Below are positions 33,872 through 43,719 of a stretch of DNA of 58,216 bases, in pieces; within the stretch, counting starts at the first letter, position 1, and each line of letters opens with the position of its first letter. The DNA comes from an uncultured Pseudomonadales bacterium (GTDB lineage Bacteria; Patescibacteriota; Microgenomatia; UBA1400; PJMF01). The stretch spans positions 1-58,216 of the forward strand of contig CAZDWQ010000002.1 in assembly GCA_964509285.1 (NCBI GenBank), in the 5' to 3' direction. The translations under genes were made by a program, and so were the position numbers. The notes under the pieces were generated by a model that made no database searches, was not told the DNA's origin, and worked only from the letters and a program-made list of their open reading frames with translations.

Positions 33872-34387
33872 ATGTTAAGAAGCCAAACACAAATCAAACA
33901 AACCGGTTTTACCCTCATTGAGTTACTTATAACAACGTCTCTCACTGTATTGTTGATGCTCACAATTACCACAATGTTCATGACGTTTTTAATCGGTAAC
34001 TCCAAAACGAATATTAGAAAATCTGTCAAAGAAGAAGGGCTCCATGCCATCAGCCAAATGGAGTTTATAATCAAAAACGCACAATATTATGATGACACTT
34101 TTGCCCCCTGTAACGCTAACCAGAATACAATCAGAGTTGTTGGATTAGATGCTGGTGTTACCACATATAGTACTGCTGTTGATGGGGGAGTGAATAAGAT
34201 TGCTTCAAATAGTGCGCGCCTCACTTCTGACTCTGTCACACTCACTAGCTTAAATTTTGATTGTTCTGGTGACGCTGGTAATAGACAAATCAAGGTCAGC
34301 TTTGATTTAGCTAAAACAGCCCCAACATTGAACGCTGATTCTAATATCACTGAGTCGTTTGAAACTACTGTAAATATGAGGAATTAA
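33872..34387 (+). CDS. prepilin-type N-terminal cleavage/methylation domain protein (minor pilin-like)
   Basis: KQTGFTLIELLITTSLTVLLMLTI. 171 aa. Confidence 0.75.
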   Translation: MLRSQTQIKQTGFTLIELLITTSLTVLLMLTITTMFMTFLIGNSKTNIRKSVKEEGLHAISQMEFIIKNAQYYDDTFAPCNANQNTIRVVGLDAGVTTYSTAVDGGVNKIASNSARLTSDSVTLTSLNFDCSGDAGNRQIKVSFDLAKTAPTLNADSNITESFETTVNMRN

Positions 34388-34548
34388 GCCTTCAATTTTC
34401 TGATTTCTTTCCTTCAATGGTATAATATAGGTCTTTTACGTGCCTAGTATCGTTATTTCGGTACACAGGCGCTCTTTAACAATTAGGTTTAACTTTCAAT
34501 CCAATTTCATATTTTTGATGATCCAAAAAGATTGTCAAAACACATAAG

Positions 34549-37023
34549 GTGAATGTAATGAGAAAGAGTACAGTTCGTTTCAGTTTTCTTTTTGTCGTAT
34601 GCCTGTTAATAGCGGGCATTTTTTATGCAACTTCAGGAAACGCACAAAATAATAATATTGTGTATCTTCCAGTTGTAGTGAAGCCAGTTGGTCCTGTTGA
34701 GATATCAATTGATGGAATACCATTAACAATTGATTCTCCCTTTATGCCCAGTCAAATTGTTGCTTCTAACCCTGGTGATGCGAGCCAAGTTGCAAGTGCC
34801 TTTTCCTTGACCCCATATGAAGAATTTTCGCTCTTGGCTGTCCAGTATGGAAATTTTGCACCTATTGAAGATTTGCCTGTGGCAACCCAAGGTGGTTCAA
34901 TCACCTATCGCTCAGTTTTAGCAAGCTTTCGAAGTCAACAGGGAGGTTCACCCTCACCAGCGTTGTCAGTTGAGCTGTTTGGACAAAATGTTTCCGGTAG
35001 CTACAGTATTGTTGATCTCATAACTGGTGATGTAGCGGCCTCAACTCTGATTGTTGAATGGGTTGTAGAGGCACAAAATCATATATGGATTGTTAGAATT
35101 GTGAAGGACTTGAGCGATGGTACCAATCCGAATACCTTCCTTAACTCGCTTGAAGGATTAAGCATTGTTCAAAACGGTTCTGCTCAAATGGTTGTAAATA
35201 CAAGTACAGACCAGGTTATAGAATCATTGGGCGCTGTGCCTTTTCCCTCATGGTGGTCAGGAAATTGTAACGTAGATAACCACCCCGGCTCCTTCCAACT
35301 TGCTACATATGACGGTTTGGTGTCATGCGGGCCCATTGGCTCATCCCAGCTTGTTTATTTCTTCCCTGGCGCTGTTGGTCAATACGAATGGCAATGTACG
35401 GAACTGGCAAAGAGATATCTATATCTCAAATACAGCATCAACCCCTACCAAGCAAACGGGAAAGATGTTGTTAATAATATGCCAAATCAATATATCGGAG
35501 CAACCTTTGAGCGTATTGCCAATGGAACTTTTCAAAAAACTCCTCAGGCTGGTGACGTAATCAGTTTTGGCCCAGGCACAACATTCGGACATGTTGCTGT
35601 TGTCACTGGTTCTAATGTAGACAGTAATGGTAACGGTACAATAAGCATCATAGAACAAAACTGGAATCAGAATGGACAACGTAGTCTGGCTGTTGTTAGC
35701 TGGAAAGTCAAAAGTAGTTTGCCTGTAAGTAATTGGCTTCATGAAATTGAACAAACTCCCCCTCCAGCTCCTACACCTACCCCAACGCCGCCCCCTGCAA
35801 ATGGGAACACAGTCAGAGTATCAATATCGTCTAATGGTGATGAAGGAAATTCAATATCGTACGACACATCAATTTCGGTAAATGGCAGATATATTGCGTT
35901 TGCATCCAATGCAAGTAACTTGGTACCGGGAGACAGTGGAAGCTACCAAGATATTTTCGTCCATGATAACCAAACTGGTCAAACAATAAGAGTCTCAATT
36001 ACCTCGAATGGAATTGAAGCTAACGGAAACTCCAGGCAACCAATGATTTCATCTGATGGTAGATACGTAGTATTTGTCTCCGAGGCAAATAACTTGGACG
36101 CAAACTACCCCGGAATGTCTGGTATCTTCATTCATGATATCCAAACGGAGACAACTTCTTTGGTGTCAGTATCTTCAGATGGTATTCCAGGTGATAGTGT
36201 CTCCAATTACCCATCTATATCTGCTAATAACCAGTTCATTGCCTTTGACTCAGGTTCACAAAATCTTGTTCCTAACGATACCAACGGAAGACAAGACATA
36301 TTTGTGCGAGATCTCCTAACGGGTGAAACTAATATTGTTTCAATCGCTTCTGATGGTACATATGGGAATAATGAATCAACATTTCCTTTGATATCAGCTG
36401 ATGGCAGATTTATTGCCTTCAGTTCAAAATCAAACAATTTGGTTCAAAATGATGCTAATAATAATACCGATGTGTTCGTCCATGATAGACAGAATGGAAC
36501 TACTGTGCTTATTTCCGTAAGTACAAATGGCACACAAGGTGATGAAAACTCGACTGCTTCATCAATCTCTTCCGACGGTAGATATGTTGTCTTTAGTTCA
36601 AAGTCAGGAAGTTTAGATTCAACTTGTTCGTTTGGCATATCACAAATATATGTTCGGGATAGGGAAACTGCCGAAACAATATGTGTGTCTGTATCCTCAA
36701 ACGGGGAACAAGGCGATTTTCACTCAAGAGATGGCAAGATTACTACGAATGGACAATATATCGTCTTCCATTCTAATGCTAGTAATTTGTCACCTAATGA
36801 TTTAAATCAGTATGGTGATGACCTTTTTATTCATAATCTTGTTCCCGGAGAAACTGAACTTGTACTACTAACCCATGATGGCACACAACAAAATAGTTGG
36901 ATCAGCACTTTTGCTATATCAGAATCTGCTAATTGGATTTCCTTCGATTCTGATTCTGATAACATTGTCCCCGGAGACAATAACGGTTTAAGTGATGTTT
37001 TTCTTCATGGTAGAGAGCAATAA
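34549..37023 (+). CDS. secreted CHAP-domain peptidoglycan hydrolase fused to a seven-repeat TolB/PD40-like beta-propeller
   Basis: CHAP Cys/His residues appear as YEWQCTELAKRY ... GDVISFGPGTTFGHVAVV. A PPPAPTPTPTPPP linker follows. Seven ~58-aa repeats then follow the pattern (V/I)S(V/I)SSxGxxGNxxSxxPSISxDGR(Y/F)(I/V)xFxSxAxNLVPxDxNxxxD(I/V)FVHD. Confidence 0.8.
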   Translation: MNVMRKSTVRFSFLFVVCLLIAGIFYATSGNAQNNNIVYLPVVVKPVGPVEISIDGIPLTIDSPFMPSQIVASNPGDASQVASAFSLTPYEEFSLLAVQYGNFAPIEDLPVATQGGSITYRSVLASFRSQQGGSPSPALSVELFGQNVSGSYSIVDLITGDVAASTLIVEWVVEAQNHIWIVRIVKDLSDGTNPNTFLNSLEGLSIVQNGSAQMVVNTSTDQVIESLGAVPFPSWWSGNCNVDNHPGSFQLATYDGLVSCGPIGSSQLVYFFPGAVGQYEWQCTELAKRYLYLKYSINPYQANGKDVVNNMPNQYIGATFERIANGTFQKTPQAGDVISFGPGTTFGHVAVVTGSNVDSNGNGTISIIEQNWNQNGQRSLAVVSWKVKSSLPVSNWLHEIEQTPPPAPTPTPTPPPANGNTVRVSISSNGDEGNSISYDTSISVNGRYIAFASNASNLVPGDSGSYQDIFVHDNQTGQTIRVSITSNGIEANGNSRQPMISSDGRYVVFVSEANNLDANYPGMSGIFIHDIQTETTSLVSVSSDGIPGDSVSNYPSISANNQFIAFDSGSQNLVPNDTNGRQDIFVRDLLTGETNIVSIASDGTYGNNESTFPLISADGRFIAFSSKSNNLVQNDANNNTDVFVHDRQNGTTVLISVSTNGTQGDENSTASSISSDGRYVVFSSKSGSLDSTCSFGISQIYVRDRETAETICVSVSSNGEQGDFHSRDGKITTNGQYIVFHSNASNLSPNDLNQYGDDLFIHNLVPGETELVLLTHDGTQQNSWISTFAISESANWISFDSDSDNIVPGDNNGLSDVFLHGREQ

Positions 37024-37126
37024 CTAGACACGAAAAGAACAAAACCTAATTGTTATACAAACTTAATATAAAATTTATAAATCATTTACAAAAGCGTAAA
37101 ATGGTTTGTAACTTTTATATCACACT

Positions 37127-37163
37127 ATGGGCGTCTTCGTTGAAGACGCCCATTTTATTTTTT
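37127..37163 (+). terminator. rho-independent terminator
   Basis: ATGGGCGTCTTC-gtt-GAAGACGCCCAT forms a 12-bp stem and is followed by TTTATTTTTT. Confidence 0.8.
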
Positions 37164-37184
37164 CTTACTCTACCTTAGAGAAAA

Positions 37185-37667
37185 TTAATAATTCTCAAAC
37201 TCTTGAACTAATTCAATTTGTCTTGTTTCAGTTCCATCTGTCCAAGAAACAGTCACTTCAATAAAAAGTGCTGGAGCTGTACTACTGACTATTGTTACAT
37301 CTCGTTTAAAATCAGTACCCGCCATTGTAATAACATTGTTTGCTCCGCATTGGCCTTGAGCAGGTTGGGTGCTCAAGTCAGAAGGCATTGTAGAAAAACA
37401 GTAATATTCTTCAGTTCCTTCTGGCGTTGTAATATTGTATATCCCCAAGTTGTAAATCCCGAGTCTATTTCTTTCACCACGAACAAATTCCATCACCTGT
37501 TGTCCTAAAATTGTTGCCGCTTGCCTATATCTTGTTTCACCGGTATTTTTAATAGAATAGGTAACTGCATTAGCAACCGCCGTAACAATCAAACCCACAA
37601 CCATAATGGCTATCAGTAATTCGATAATTGTAGAACCTCTATTAAATTTAAAATTCATTATTTTCAT
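37185..37667 (-). CDS. pilin-like protein (prepilin-type N-terminus)
   Basis: FNRGSTIIELLIAIMVVGLIVTAV. 160 aa. Confidence 0.7.
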   Translation of the reverse strand: MKIMNFKFNRGSTIIELLIAIMVVGLIVTAVANAVTYSIKNTGETRYRQAATILGQQVMEFVRGERNRLGIYNLGIYNITTPEGTEEYYCFSTMPSDLSTQPAQGQCGANNVITMAGTDFKRDVTIVSSTAPALFIEVTVSWTDGTETRQIELVQEFENY

Positions 37668-38188
37668 TATTCAATACTTACAAAAGCCCCGTCTGTAATT
37701 TCACCTGTCGCAAGCACTTGAAACTGGTATGTCAAACTACTGTATTGTCCGGATACAATAATTGTCATATTTCCAACTCCTCCTGTATCAACTCCTCCGC
37801 GTAGTGCCAAAAAAGTAACTGGAGTCATAGAAACTGAAATATTGTCTAATGATAGCTGGGATCTTGGTGGTGTTACAGCTACTACATCACTTGGGTTAGT
37901 CGCTAAAACGCACATTTGGTGAAGTTGCACAAAATTACCACTCACACTAACTCTATATCCTTTCAATTTTCTGTTAACAGCACAACTATCAGCACCTTCA
38001 CCAGCTCGTGCCTTCACTTGAGCAGAACGCATCAACTCTTGTACATCTTTAACGGTCGTTTGCACCTGCTGCCTATCATTAAAGTTCACAAATCCAGCAA
38101 TTCCGGCACCAGTGGTCAATAAGACAATACTGATTACCACCAATAGTTCGATGAGAGTGAATCCAGCTGGTTTTTTAAATATAATCAT
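37667..38188 (-). CDS. pilin-like protein (prepilin-type N-terminus)
   Basis: KKPAGFTLIELLVVISIVLL. 173 aa. Confidence 0.75.
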   Translation of the reverse strand: MIIFKKPAGFTLIELLVVISIVLLTTGAGIAGFVNFNDRQQVQTTVKDVQELMRSAQVKARAGEGADSCAVNRKLKGYRVSVSGNFVQLHQMCVLATNPSDVVAVTPPRSQLSLDNISVSMTPVTFLALRGGVDTGGVGNMTIIVSGQYSSLTYQFQVLATGEITDGAFVSIE

Positions 38189-38208
38189 TGTGCTTAAAAC
38201 GTTTACTA

Positions 38209-38727
38209 TTATGGATTACTTAATGTGTAGTCAGCTGAACCCTCTAGAGGAGCTCTGAGCGTAAAGGTTGTGGTACTGCCCGTATAGGTATAATCACACA
38301 CACTGGCTCCCGTTAGGCCACAACCAGTTTGTCCTGTTTTAGGATCAACTGGAGTAGGAGTACTCATATATCCATTAGACAAAGTAACAATCATCTCGTT
38401 ATATGCAGCATTACTTCCAACTGGCTCAATGGCTGCATGAGCTACTGGAACTCGCAATGCACTTACTAGTTGAGATAAAACACTAATAGGTTGCAACGCT
38501 ACTTTGCTTTCACCTTCTAGCAAAGCAATTGGATACTCTCCGTTGTCACTCTTATACAACACCAAAGCTTGGCGCACTGTTTCTAGATCAGATTTTCTCT
38601 TAGAGTTTCTTGCAGATTTGCCAGCATTAGTAAAACTGACTAAACCAATCGCAGACAGCACCACAATGATTGTTGCAACAACTAACAACTCAATGAGAGT
38701 AAATCCATTTTTTTGTCTTGTTTTCAT
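38209..38727 (-). CDS. type IV pilin / GspG-like pseudopilin
   Basis: QKNGFTLIELLVVATIIVVLSAIGLVSF...RNSKRKSDLETVRQAL. Confidence 0.8.
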   Translation of the reverse strand: MKTRQKNGFTLIELLVVATIIVVLSAIGLVSFTNAGKSARNSKRKSDLETVRQALVLYKSDNGEYPIALLEGESKVALQPISVLSQLVSALRVPVAHAAIEPVGSNAAYNEMIVTLSNGYMSTPTPVDPKTGQTGCGLTGASVCDYTYTGSTTTFTLRAPLEGSADYTLSNP

Positions 38728-38740
38728 ATTATTTTCCTTA

Positions 38741-39424
38741 TTAATTAGTTAACGTAACTACTGAGCCATCCTTTTCTAATCGAGCGGTTAGCTCAAATGA
38801 TGAACCATCTGGGGTACTATATCCATAGTAGTAGGTGTTATCGTTGACTGGATCTAAAGGCAATTCATCTTCTAGATAGCCTTCTTCAACTAAAATTGCA
38901 GACATTTCAACATAGTCTGCAGCTTCCTGAGGTTGTGTTCCAGTGCCAGGAACAATTGTCGGAACAGGAGTAGGGATTGTATCGTCGTCTGCAGGGGGAG
39001 TAGGGGTTGGAGTCACTTGTGGCACAGGGATAGCTGTTTCAAAAATAGGAGTAGGAGTTGCTTCTCCTTTTCCGGTGTCTTCTTCAGAGCTATCATCTCC
39101 TGGAGCAATCGCAGCCTGTGCTTCTGGAACTCTGAAAACCGCTGTCAATCTGGCGACTACTTGCCTTGGAAAAGAAAATGTTACTCGGGGTTGTGAATCC
39201 AAACTTGCGATAGGGTAGTACCCATTTTCACTTCTGTACAACAACAATGTTGTTCGTACATTATCTAAATCCTGCTTTCTTTGAGCATCACGGGCACTCA
39301 CTTGAGCTCCAGAATAACTCACTAAACCAATTGCAGAAACAATAATAACAATTGTAGAAACAACAAGGATTTCAATGAGGGTAAAACCTTTTTTTTGTAC
39401 TTTCTTTTGAGTTTTCTTTTTCAT
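38741..39424 (-). CDS. type IV pilin / GspG-like pseudopilin with Pro/Thr-rich insert
   Basis: KKGFTLIEILVVSTIVIIVSAIGLVSY...RDAQRKQDLDNVRTTL. It is a paralogue of the previous gene (VPEAQAAIAP versus VPVAHAAIEP). Confidence 0.8.
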   Translation of the reverse strand: MKKKTQKKVQKKGFTLIEILVVSTIVIIVSAIGLVSYSGAQVSARDAQRKQDLDNVRTTLLLYRSENGYYPIASLDSQPRVTFSFPRQVVARLTAVFRVPEAQAAIAPGDDSSEEDTGKGEATPTPIFETAIPVPQVTPTPTPPADDDTIPTPVPTIVPGTGTQPQEAADYVEMSAILVEEGYLEDELPLDPVNDNTYYYGYSTPDGSSFELTARLEKDGSVVTLTN

Positions 39425-39448
39425 ATCTTTCCTTTTATTTTTTCAACT

Positions 39449-39880
39449 TTATTGCAAGCTAGAAACACAGAAGTAATTACCAGAACCGTATGAACAAGTT
39501 GTTCCGAGAGCCCCATTGGTTGCATTTCCCGTACCACTCTCTAACTGTGCACAAGCACAGTATGCCTTTGCATTTCCTTGACAGGTATATATGTATGAGC
39601 CACTTCCTTTTGGATCAGTTGGTAAAGATCCAGAAGAAAATTGCACCGCCATTGCCGCACAAGTGTCATAAGCTGAACTATTAGTTGTGTAAAACTGTTC
39701 AAATGCATTTTGCATCGCCTTCATATCACCGCTTCTTCTTGCATCGCGACTTTTCTTTTGGGCAGTGCTATATGCAGAAGCACCAAGCGCGATTAAGATA
39801 CCAATAATAGAAATAACTACCAAAATTTCTAGGAGTGTGAACCCTTTATTAGTGCCGTTTTTCATGTTCAAAAATTTCAT
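39449..39880 (-). CDS. type IV pilin
   Basis: NKGFTLLEILVVISIIGILIALGASAY...SRDARRSGDMKAM. C-terminal Cys pairs are present. Confidence 0.8.
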   Translation of the reverse strand: MKFLNMKNGTNKGFTLLEILVVISIIGILIALGASAYSTAQKKSRDARRSGDMKAMQNAFEQFYTTNSSAYDTCAAMAVQFSSGSLPTDPKGSGSYIYTCQGNAKAYCACAQLESGTGNATNGALGTTCSYGSGNYFCVSSLQ

Positions 39881-39895
39881 ATATTCCTTTATAAA

Positions 39896-40858
39896 TTACT
39901 GTCTTACTACAATTATCTTAACTTTACTCGTTTCTAGCGCAGCCGATTTTACTCCCCAGTTATCTTCTAGTGTCACGCTTGCTATATACTCGCATCTGCT
40001 AGAAGCACATTCATAGGTGTGTGAGGTTTGGCCAGCAAGACCAGAAATAGGTGTTTTCTTACCATCACCAAAATCTAGTATTCCACTCATTGAGGTTGCC
40101 TTACCAAAGTCTGCAACATAAGTATACTCAACAGGGGTTCCTGAGAAAATTTCAACACTCCTGGTGCGTGGATCTAAAAGTGGATTAGTATTTAAGGAAA
40201 GTAGTACTGGTCTGGTTGCACATGAGGAAAAACAACTTTTTTCACAATCAGGAAGTCCGGTAATTCTGTCACCAACTCCAAAGTGAGAAACTTCATTACA
40301 ACACTCATATCCATATCCTGCACAGACAGTCACCGGGCCATTTCCCACCAACCCTTGAGTGCTATCTTTTATCAGCACGCCGTTCTCAGCAACGATTGGT
40401 TTATTTTTAGCCAAAAACGAAAAATCAAAACCTGTTGCTTCAGATAACTTGCTAATTTCTAGTGCAAAAACTTCGAGTTCAATACCACTTTGCTCATAGG
40501 ATAGAGTAAAGCCAGAAGTTCCGGGAACTTTTGTCACAAACTCAGGCAGCAAACCTTGTGAGATAGTGATTGGATCATAAAGGAATCCTTCACAAGCTGC
40601 CTCAACAATGTATTCTGAAGAAGAGATAAATCTAATTTGATAGGTGACTAAAGTTTCTCCGGCAATCGCATTTGATCCAAGCTCGGAACACTGAGCACCA
40701 TAAGTACCTCTATTTTGAGCTAAACTCAGTTCTCTTAAAGAACCCCTGATTTTGCTCACACCCCAATAAAGGAGTAGTTCTCTGATTAAGAAAAACCCAC
40801 CAACAATTATAACTGCAAAAAACAGGAAAGCACTGAAAATAATCCGCAATATACGCAT
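39896..40858 (-). CDS. membrane-anchored protein with C-terminal PKD-like domain (pilus-locus accessory)
   Basis: The N-terminal TM is IIFSAFLFFAVIIVGGFFLI. The C-terminus is ILDFGDGKKTPISGLAGQTSHTYECASSRCEYIASVTLEDNWG. Confidence 0.5.
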   Translation of the reverse strand: MRILRIIFSAFLFFAVIIVGGFFLIRELLLYWGVSKIRGSLRELSLAQNRGTYGAQCSELGSNAIAGETLVTYQIRFISSSEYIVEAACEGFLYDPITISQGLLPEFVTKVPGTSGFTLSYEQSGIELEVFALEISKLSEATGFDFSFLAKNKPIVAENGVLIKDSTQGLVGNGPVTVCAGYGYECCNEVSHFGVGDRITGLPDCEKSCFSSCATRPVLLSLNTNPLLDPRTRSVEIFSGTPVEYTYVADFGKATSMSGILDFGDGKKTPISGLAGQTSHTYECASSRCEYIASVTLEDNWGVKSAALETSKVKIIVVRQ

Positions 40859-40931
40859 ACTAATTTCTCTAGAGTTTCTCTAGTTACATTAAAGCATATT
40901 TTGGCTATCCAAAGCAAGATCAAGGGCGTAT

Positions 40932-41750
40932 TTAGAAAATGAGAGAGTAGTACCAAAAAAAGAGGGCATCACCCCAGAGCAAACTAATCGCTGTTGCCAA
41001 AATCAAAAATGGACCAAAAGGAATAGCCGTTTTGAGTTTTCCTCTCCCAAAAGCAATTAAAATCACTCCGACTACCGCACCAATCACAAATGCTAAAAAC
41101 AAACAAATCAGCATCTTTTGCGCACCAAGTAACAAAGCTAAAGGCACTACAAGCTTCACATCACCAAAACCCATGCCTTTACCTTTCGTAAAAAACCACA
41201 GTGAAAAGAAAAAAACAAAAGAGAGGAAAGCGGCAATAATTGCTAAATACAGATCATTAGTTTGCATGATACCAGAGGCAACTAAGGCAATTCTATATAG
41301 CACTGCGACTCCAAACAAAGCATACACTGGTCTATCTGGTAAAAGCATGTAGTTGAGATCGATAATAAACAAATAAATTAAAAGCAACCCAACCGCTAGC
41401 CAAAATAGTGGTTGTAAGACACTCAATGGCGTTTGAGTTAATTGAAAAAAGATAAACCCACCCCAATACCACCAGACAAACAAAACACCAGTAAGCACCT
41501 CAACCATAGGATGTAATGGCAGAATCGGTTCTTTGCAGTAACGGCACTTTCCTCTCAAGATTAAGAATGAAAGTATAGGAATATTGTCATACCAGGCTAT
41601 GGTATTTCTGCATGTATCACATCGAGAGCGACCGGCTACCCAACCTTCGCCAGCAATAGAACGCAAGATCACAACACTCAAAAAACTACCTATTATTGCA
41701 CCAAGAATAAATAAAAAAGTTGTAACAAGTAAGAATGAAATAGTAACCAT
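40932..41750 (-). CDS. pilD: prepilin peptidase (A24 family)
   Basis: CxxC...CxxC is present as CDTCRNTIAWYDNIPILSFLILRGKCRYCKEPI. Catalytic Asp motifs are GFGDVKL and PFGPFL. The protein is polytopic. Confidence 0.9.
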   Translation of the reverse strand: MVTISFLLVTTFLFILGAIIGSFLSVVILRSIAGEGWVAGRSRCDTCRNTIAWYDNIPILSFLILRGKCRYCKEPILPLHPMVEVLTGVLFVWWYWGGFIFFQLTQTPLSVLQPLFWLAVGLLLIYLFIIDLNYMLLPDRPVYALFGVAVLYRIALVASGIMQTNDLYLAIIAAFLSFVFFFSLWFFTKGKGMGFGDVKLVVPLALLLGAQKMLICLFLAFVIGAVVGVILIAFGRGKLKTAIPFGPFLILATAISLLWGDALFFWYYSLIF

Positions 41751-41770
41751 GTAGGGTTAAGTGTAACATA

Positions 41771-41800
41771 CAAAAAGCCCCAGGCAAATTGCCTGGGGCT
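41771..41800 (-). terminator. rho-independent terminator downstream of the pilA-like gene
   Basis: On the minus strand, AGCCCCAGGC-aattt-GCCTGGGGCT is followed by TTTTT. Confidence 0.75.
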
Positions 41801-41824
41801 TCAAGTTTCAGTTAAGCAAACCTG

Positions 41825-42445
41825 TTATGGTAAGCAAATACAGTTGGAAGCTGTTCCAACGGCTCCACATAGACCTGTAACATCACCAACAGCTGCTGCT
41901 GGATAATCTGCAGGCAAGGTAGTTGCAACTCTATTGTCCGCCTCAGTTTTGAATGCATCAGACTTTGGTGCAAAACAAACATATGTACTATCTGATGGGT
42001 TTGGTCCATGGTAGACCTTTAAGAAATTATAACCACTATCAAAAATTCTGGTAAAGAATGTAACTTTTAATTCATTTGAACCCGTGCAAGATGCGCCATC
42101 ACCTGCAGCTAAAAGATCGGAAACATTACATGAGGCATCATTATTAACTAATGCATCCTCTGCGTCCCATGCAGCAAATGCTACATCATAAACTGTGTCT
42201 GAAGCGCCATTCTGCCATGGATAGTATCCAGCGAATGCATTATATCTATCAATAGCACTCAAAACTTGCTCAGCATCAGATCGAGAACCGGTATCTCTAC
42301 CTCTATTGATCTGCTCAACTGGATTGATTGCAGAAAGCACTGCAACAGCCAGAATACCTAAAATTGCGATCACGATCAAAAGCTCGATCATGGTAAAACC
42401 AGCTTGGCTGCTGAGTTTTCGCAAATTAGAAAGAAGTTTTGTCAT
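41825..42445 (-). CDS. type IV pilin (likely major pilin); start moved to internal Met
   Basis: MTKLLSNLRKLSSQAGFTMIELLIVIAILGILAVAVLSAINP. An RBS (AAAGGGA) precedes ATG 42445. The track ORF extends to 42511. Confidence 0.8.
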   Translation of the reverse strand: MTKLLSNLRKLSSQAGFTMIELLIVIAILGILAVAVLSAINPVEQINRGRDTGSRSDAEQVLSAIDRYNAFAGYYPWQNGASDTVYDVAFAAWDAEDALVNNDASCNVSDLLAAGDGASCTGSNELKVTFFTRIFDSGYNFLKVYHGPNPSDSTYVCFAPKSDAFKTEADNRVATTLPADYPAAAVGDVTGLCGAVGTASNCICLP

Positions 42446-42511
42446 ATTTTGTATGTCCCTTTTTAATTTACTTTCTTTAGTCAAAAAATACTTATTACCA
42501 CTGTACAACAA

Positions 42512-43714
42512 TTAGAACTGACTGGTCAAGTTGTAAATAGGCATTATGATTGCAATAACCATAGCTCCAACTCCTAGACCCAATACGATCATAATCATTG
42601 GTTCAATAGCCGTTGTCATGTTTTTGATTGCGTGCTCACTTTCTTGTTCAAAATATGCAGAAAGTTTTTTCAACACTTCATCGAGTTTACCTGTTTCTTC
42701 TCCCACACTCATCATTTGATGCAAGATAGTAGGAAAACTATCATAGTGACTTAATGCACCAGAAAGAGAGGAGCCTTTTTCAACTTGCTTGCTCACTTCT
42801 AGTAAAGCTGAGCGGTACACAATGTTCTCGACAGAATCAGTCACAATAGAAATTGCTTCAAGTAAAGTAATACCAGAACCTAACAATAAAGCCAACGTTC
42901 TAGAAAACTCGGTTAAGATCACTTTTTTCTGTAATTCACCAAAAATCGGAATTTTAAGCTTGAGTTCGTCGATTTTATACCGACCAATCTCTGTCTTGTA
43001 ATACTGTTTAAAAGCAAAAATCAAACCAGCTATTCCAGCACCAAAAATCCACCAGAATTTAATCATTGCTTCAGAAAGGCCTATCAAAATTCTGGTTGCA
43101 AATGGCAACTCAGCACCAAAATCCTTGTACATCTCTGTCAATTTTGGAATCACAAAGATCATCATAATTGCACCAACTGCAATCATGGCAATAATAACGA
43201 TAACTGGATAAATCAAAGCACCTTTGGTTTTTGCCTTAAATTCTTTCTCTTTTTCCATGTTATCTGCCAAACGTTCCAAAACCGTATCAAGCACACCACC
43301 TGTTTCACCTGCACGAACCAACTGAATATAGAGTCTAGAAAAAATCTTTTTGTGTTTTGCCAACGCATCGGCAAACGCATTTCCACCTTCAACATCTTGC
43401 AAAATCACTGCCATCATCTGTGTAACTTCTGGCTTACCGTCACGGACTAAAATAGAAAGAGCACCAGCAAGTGGTAAACCAGCCGTGATCATAGTAGAAA
43501 GTTGACGAGTAAAATTCACTACATCATCAAACTTCACTCCGCCAAACATCTTTTTCACAAACGCCAATGAGTCTTCTGTTAAAGGATTTAACCGAATTAC
43601 AAGCAAACCACGAGTAGTGAGCAAAGTCGCAGCTTGATCAATGGTTCTGGACTCAACTTTCCCGTTAATCGTTTCGCCGAACTTGTTTTTTGCTGTGTAT
43701 TTAAAAAATGGCAT
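42512..43714 (-). CDS. pilC: type IV pilus platform protein PilC (GspF family)
   Basis: 400 aa. It has two T2SS-F repeats (..FTRQLSTMITAGLPL.. and ..FSRTLALLLGSGITL..) and 3 TM segments. Confidence 0.9.
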   Translation of the reverse strand: MPFFKYTAKNKFGETINGKVESRTIDQAATLLTTRGLLVIRLNPLTEDSLAFVKKMFGGVKFDDVVNFTRQLSTMITAGLPLAGALSILVRDGKPEVTQMMAVILQDVEGGNAFADALAKHKKIFSRLYIQLVRAGETGGVLDTVLERLADNMEKEKEFKAKTKGALIYPVIVIIAMIAVGAIMMIFVIPKLTEMYKDFGAELPFATRILIGLSEAMIKFWWIFGAGIAGLIFAFKQYYKTEIGRYKIDELKLKIPIFGELQKKVILTEFSRTLALLLGSGITLLEAISIVTDSVENIVYRSALLEVSKQVEKGSSLSGALSHYDSFPTILHQMMSVGEETGKLDEVLKKLSAYFEQESEHAIKNMTTAIEPMIMIVLGLGVGAMVIAIIMPIYNLTSQF

Positions 43715-43719
43715 ACTTT

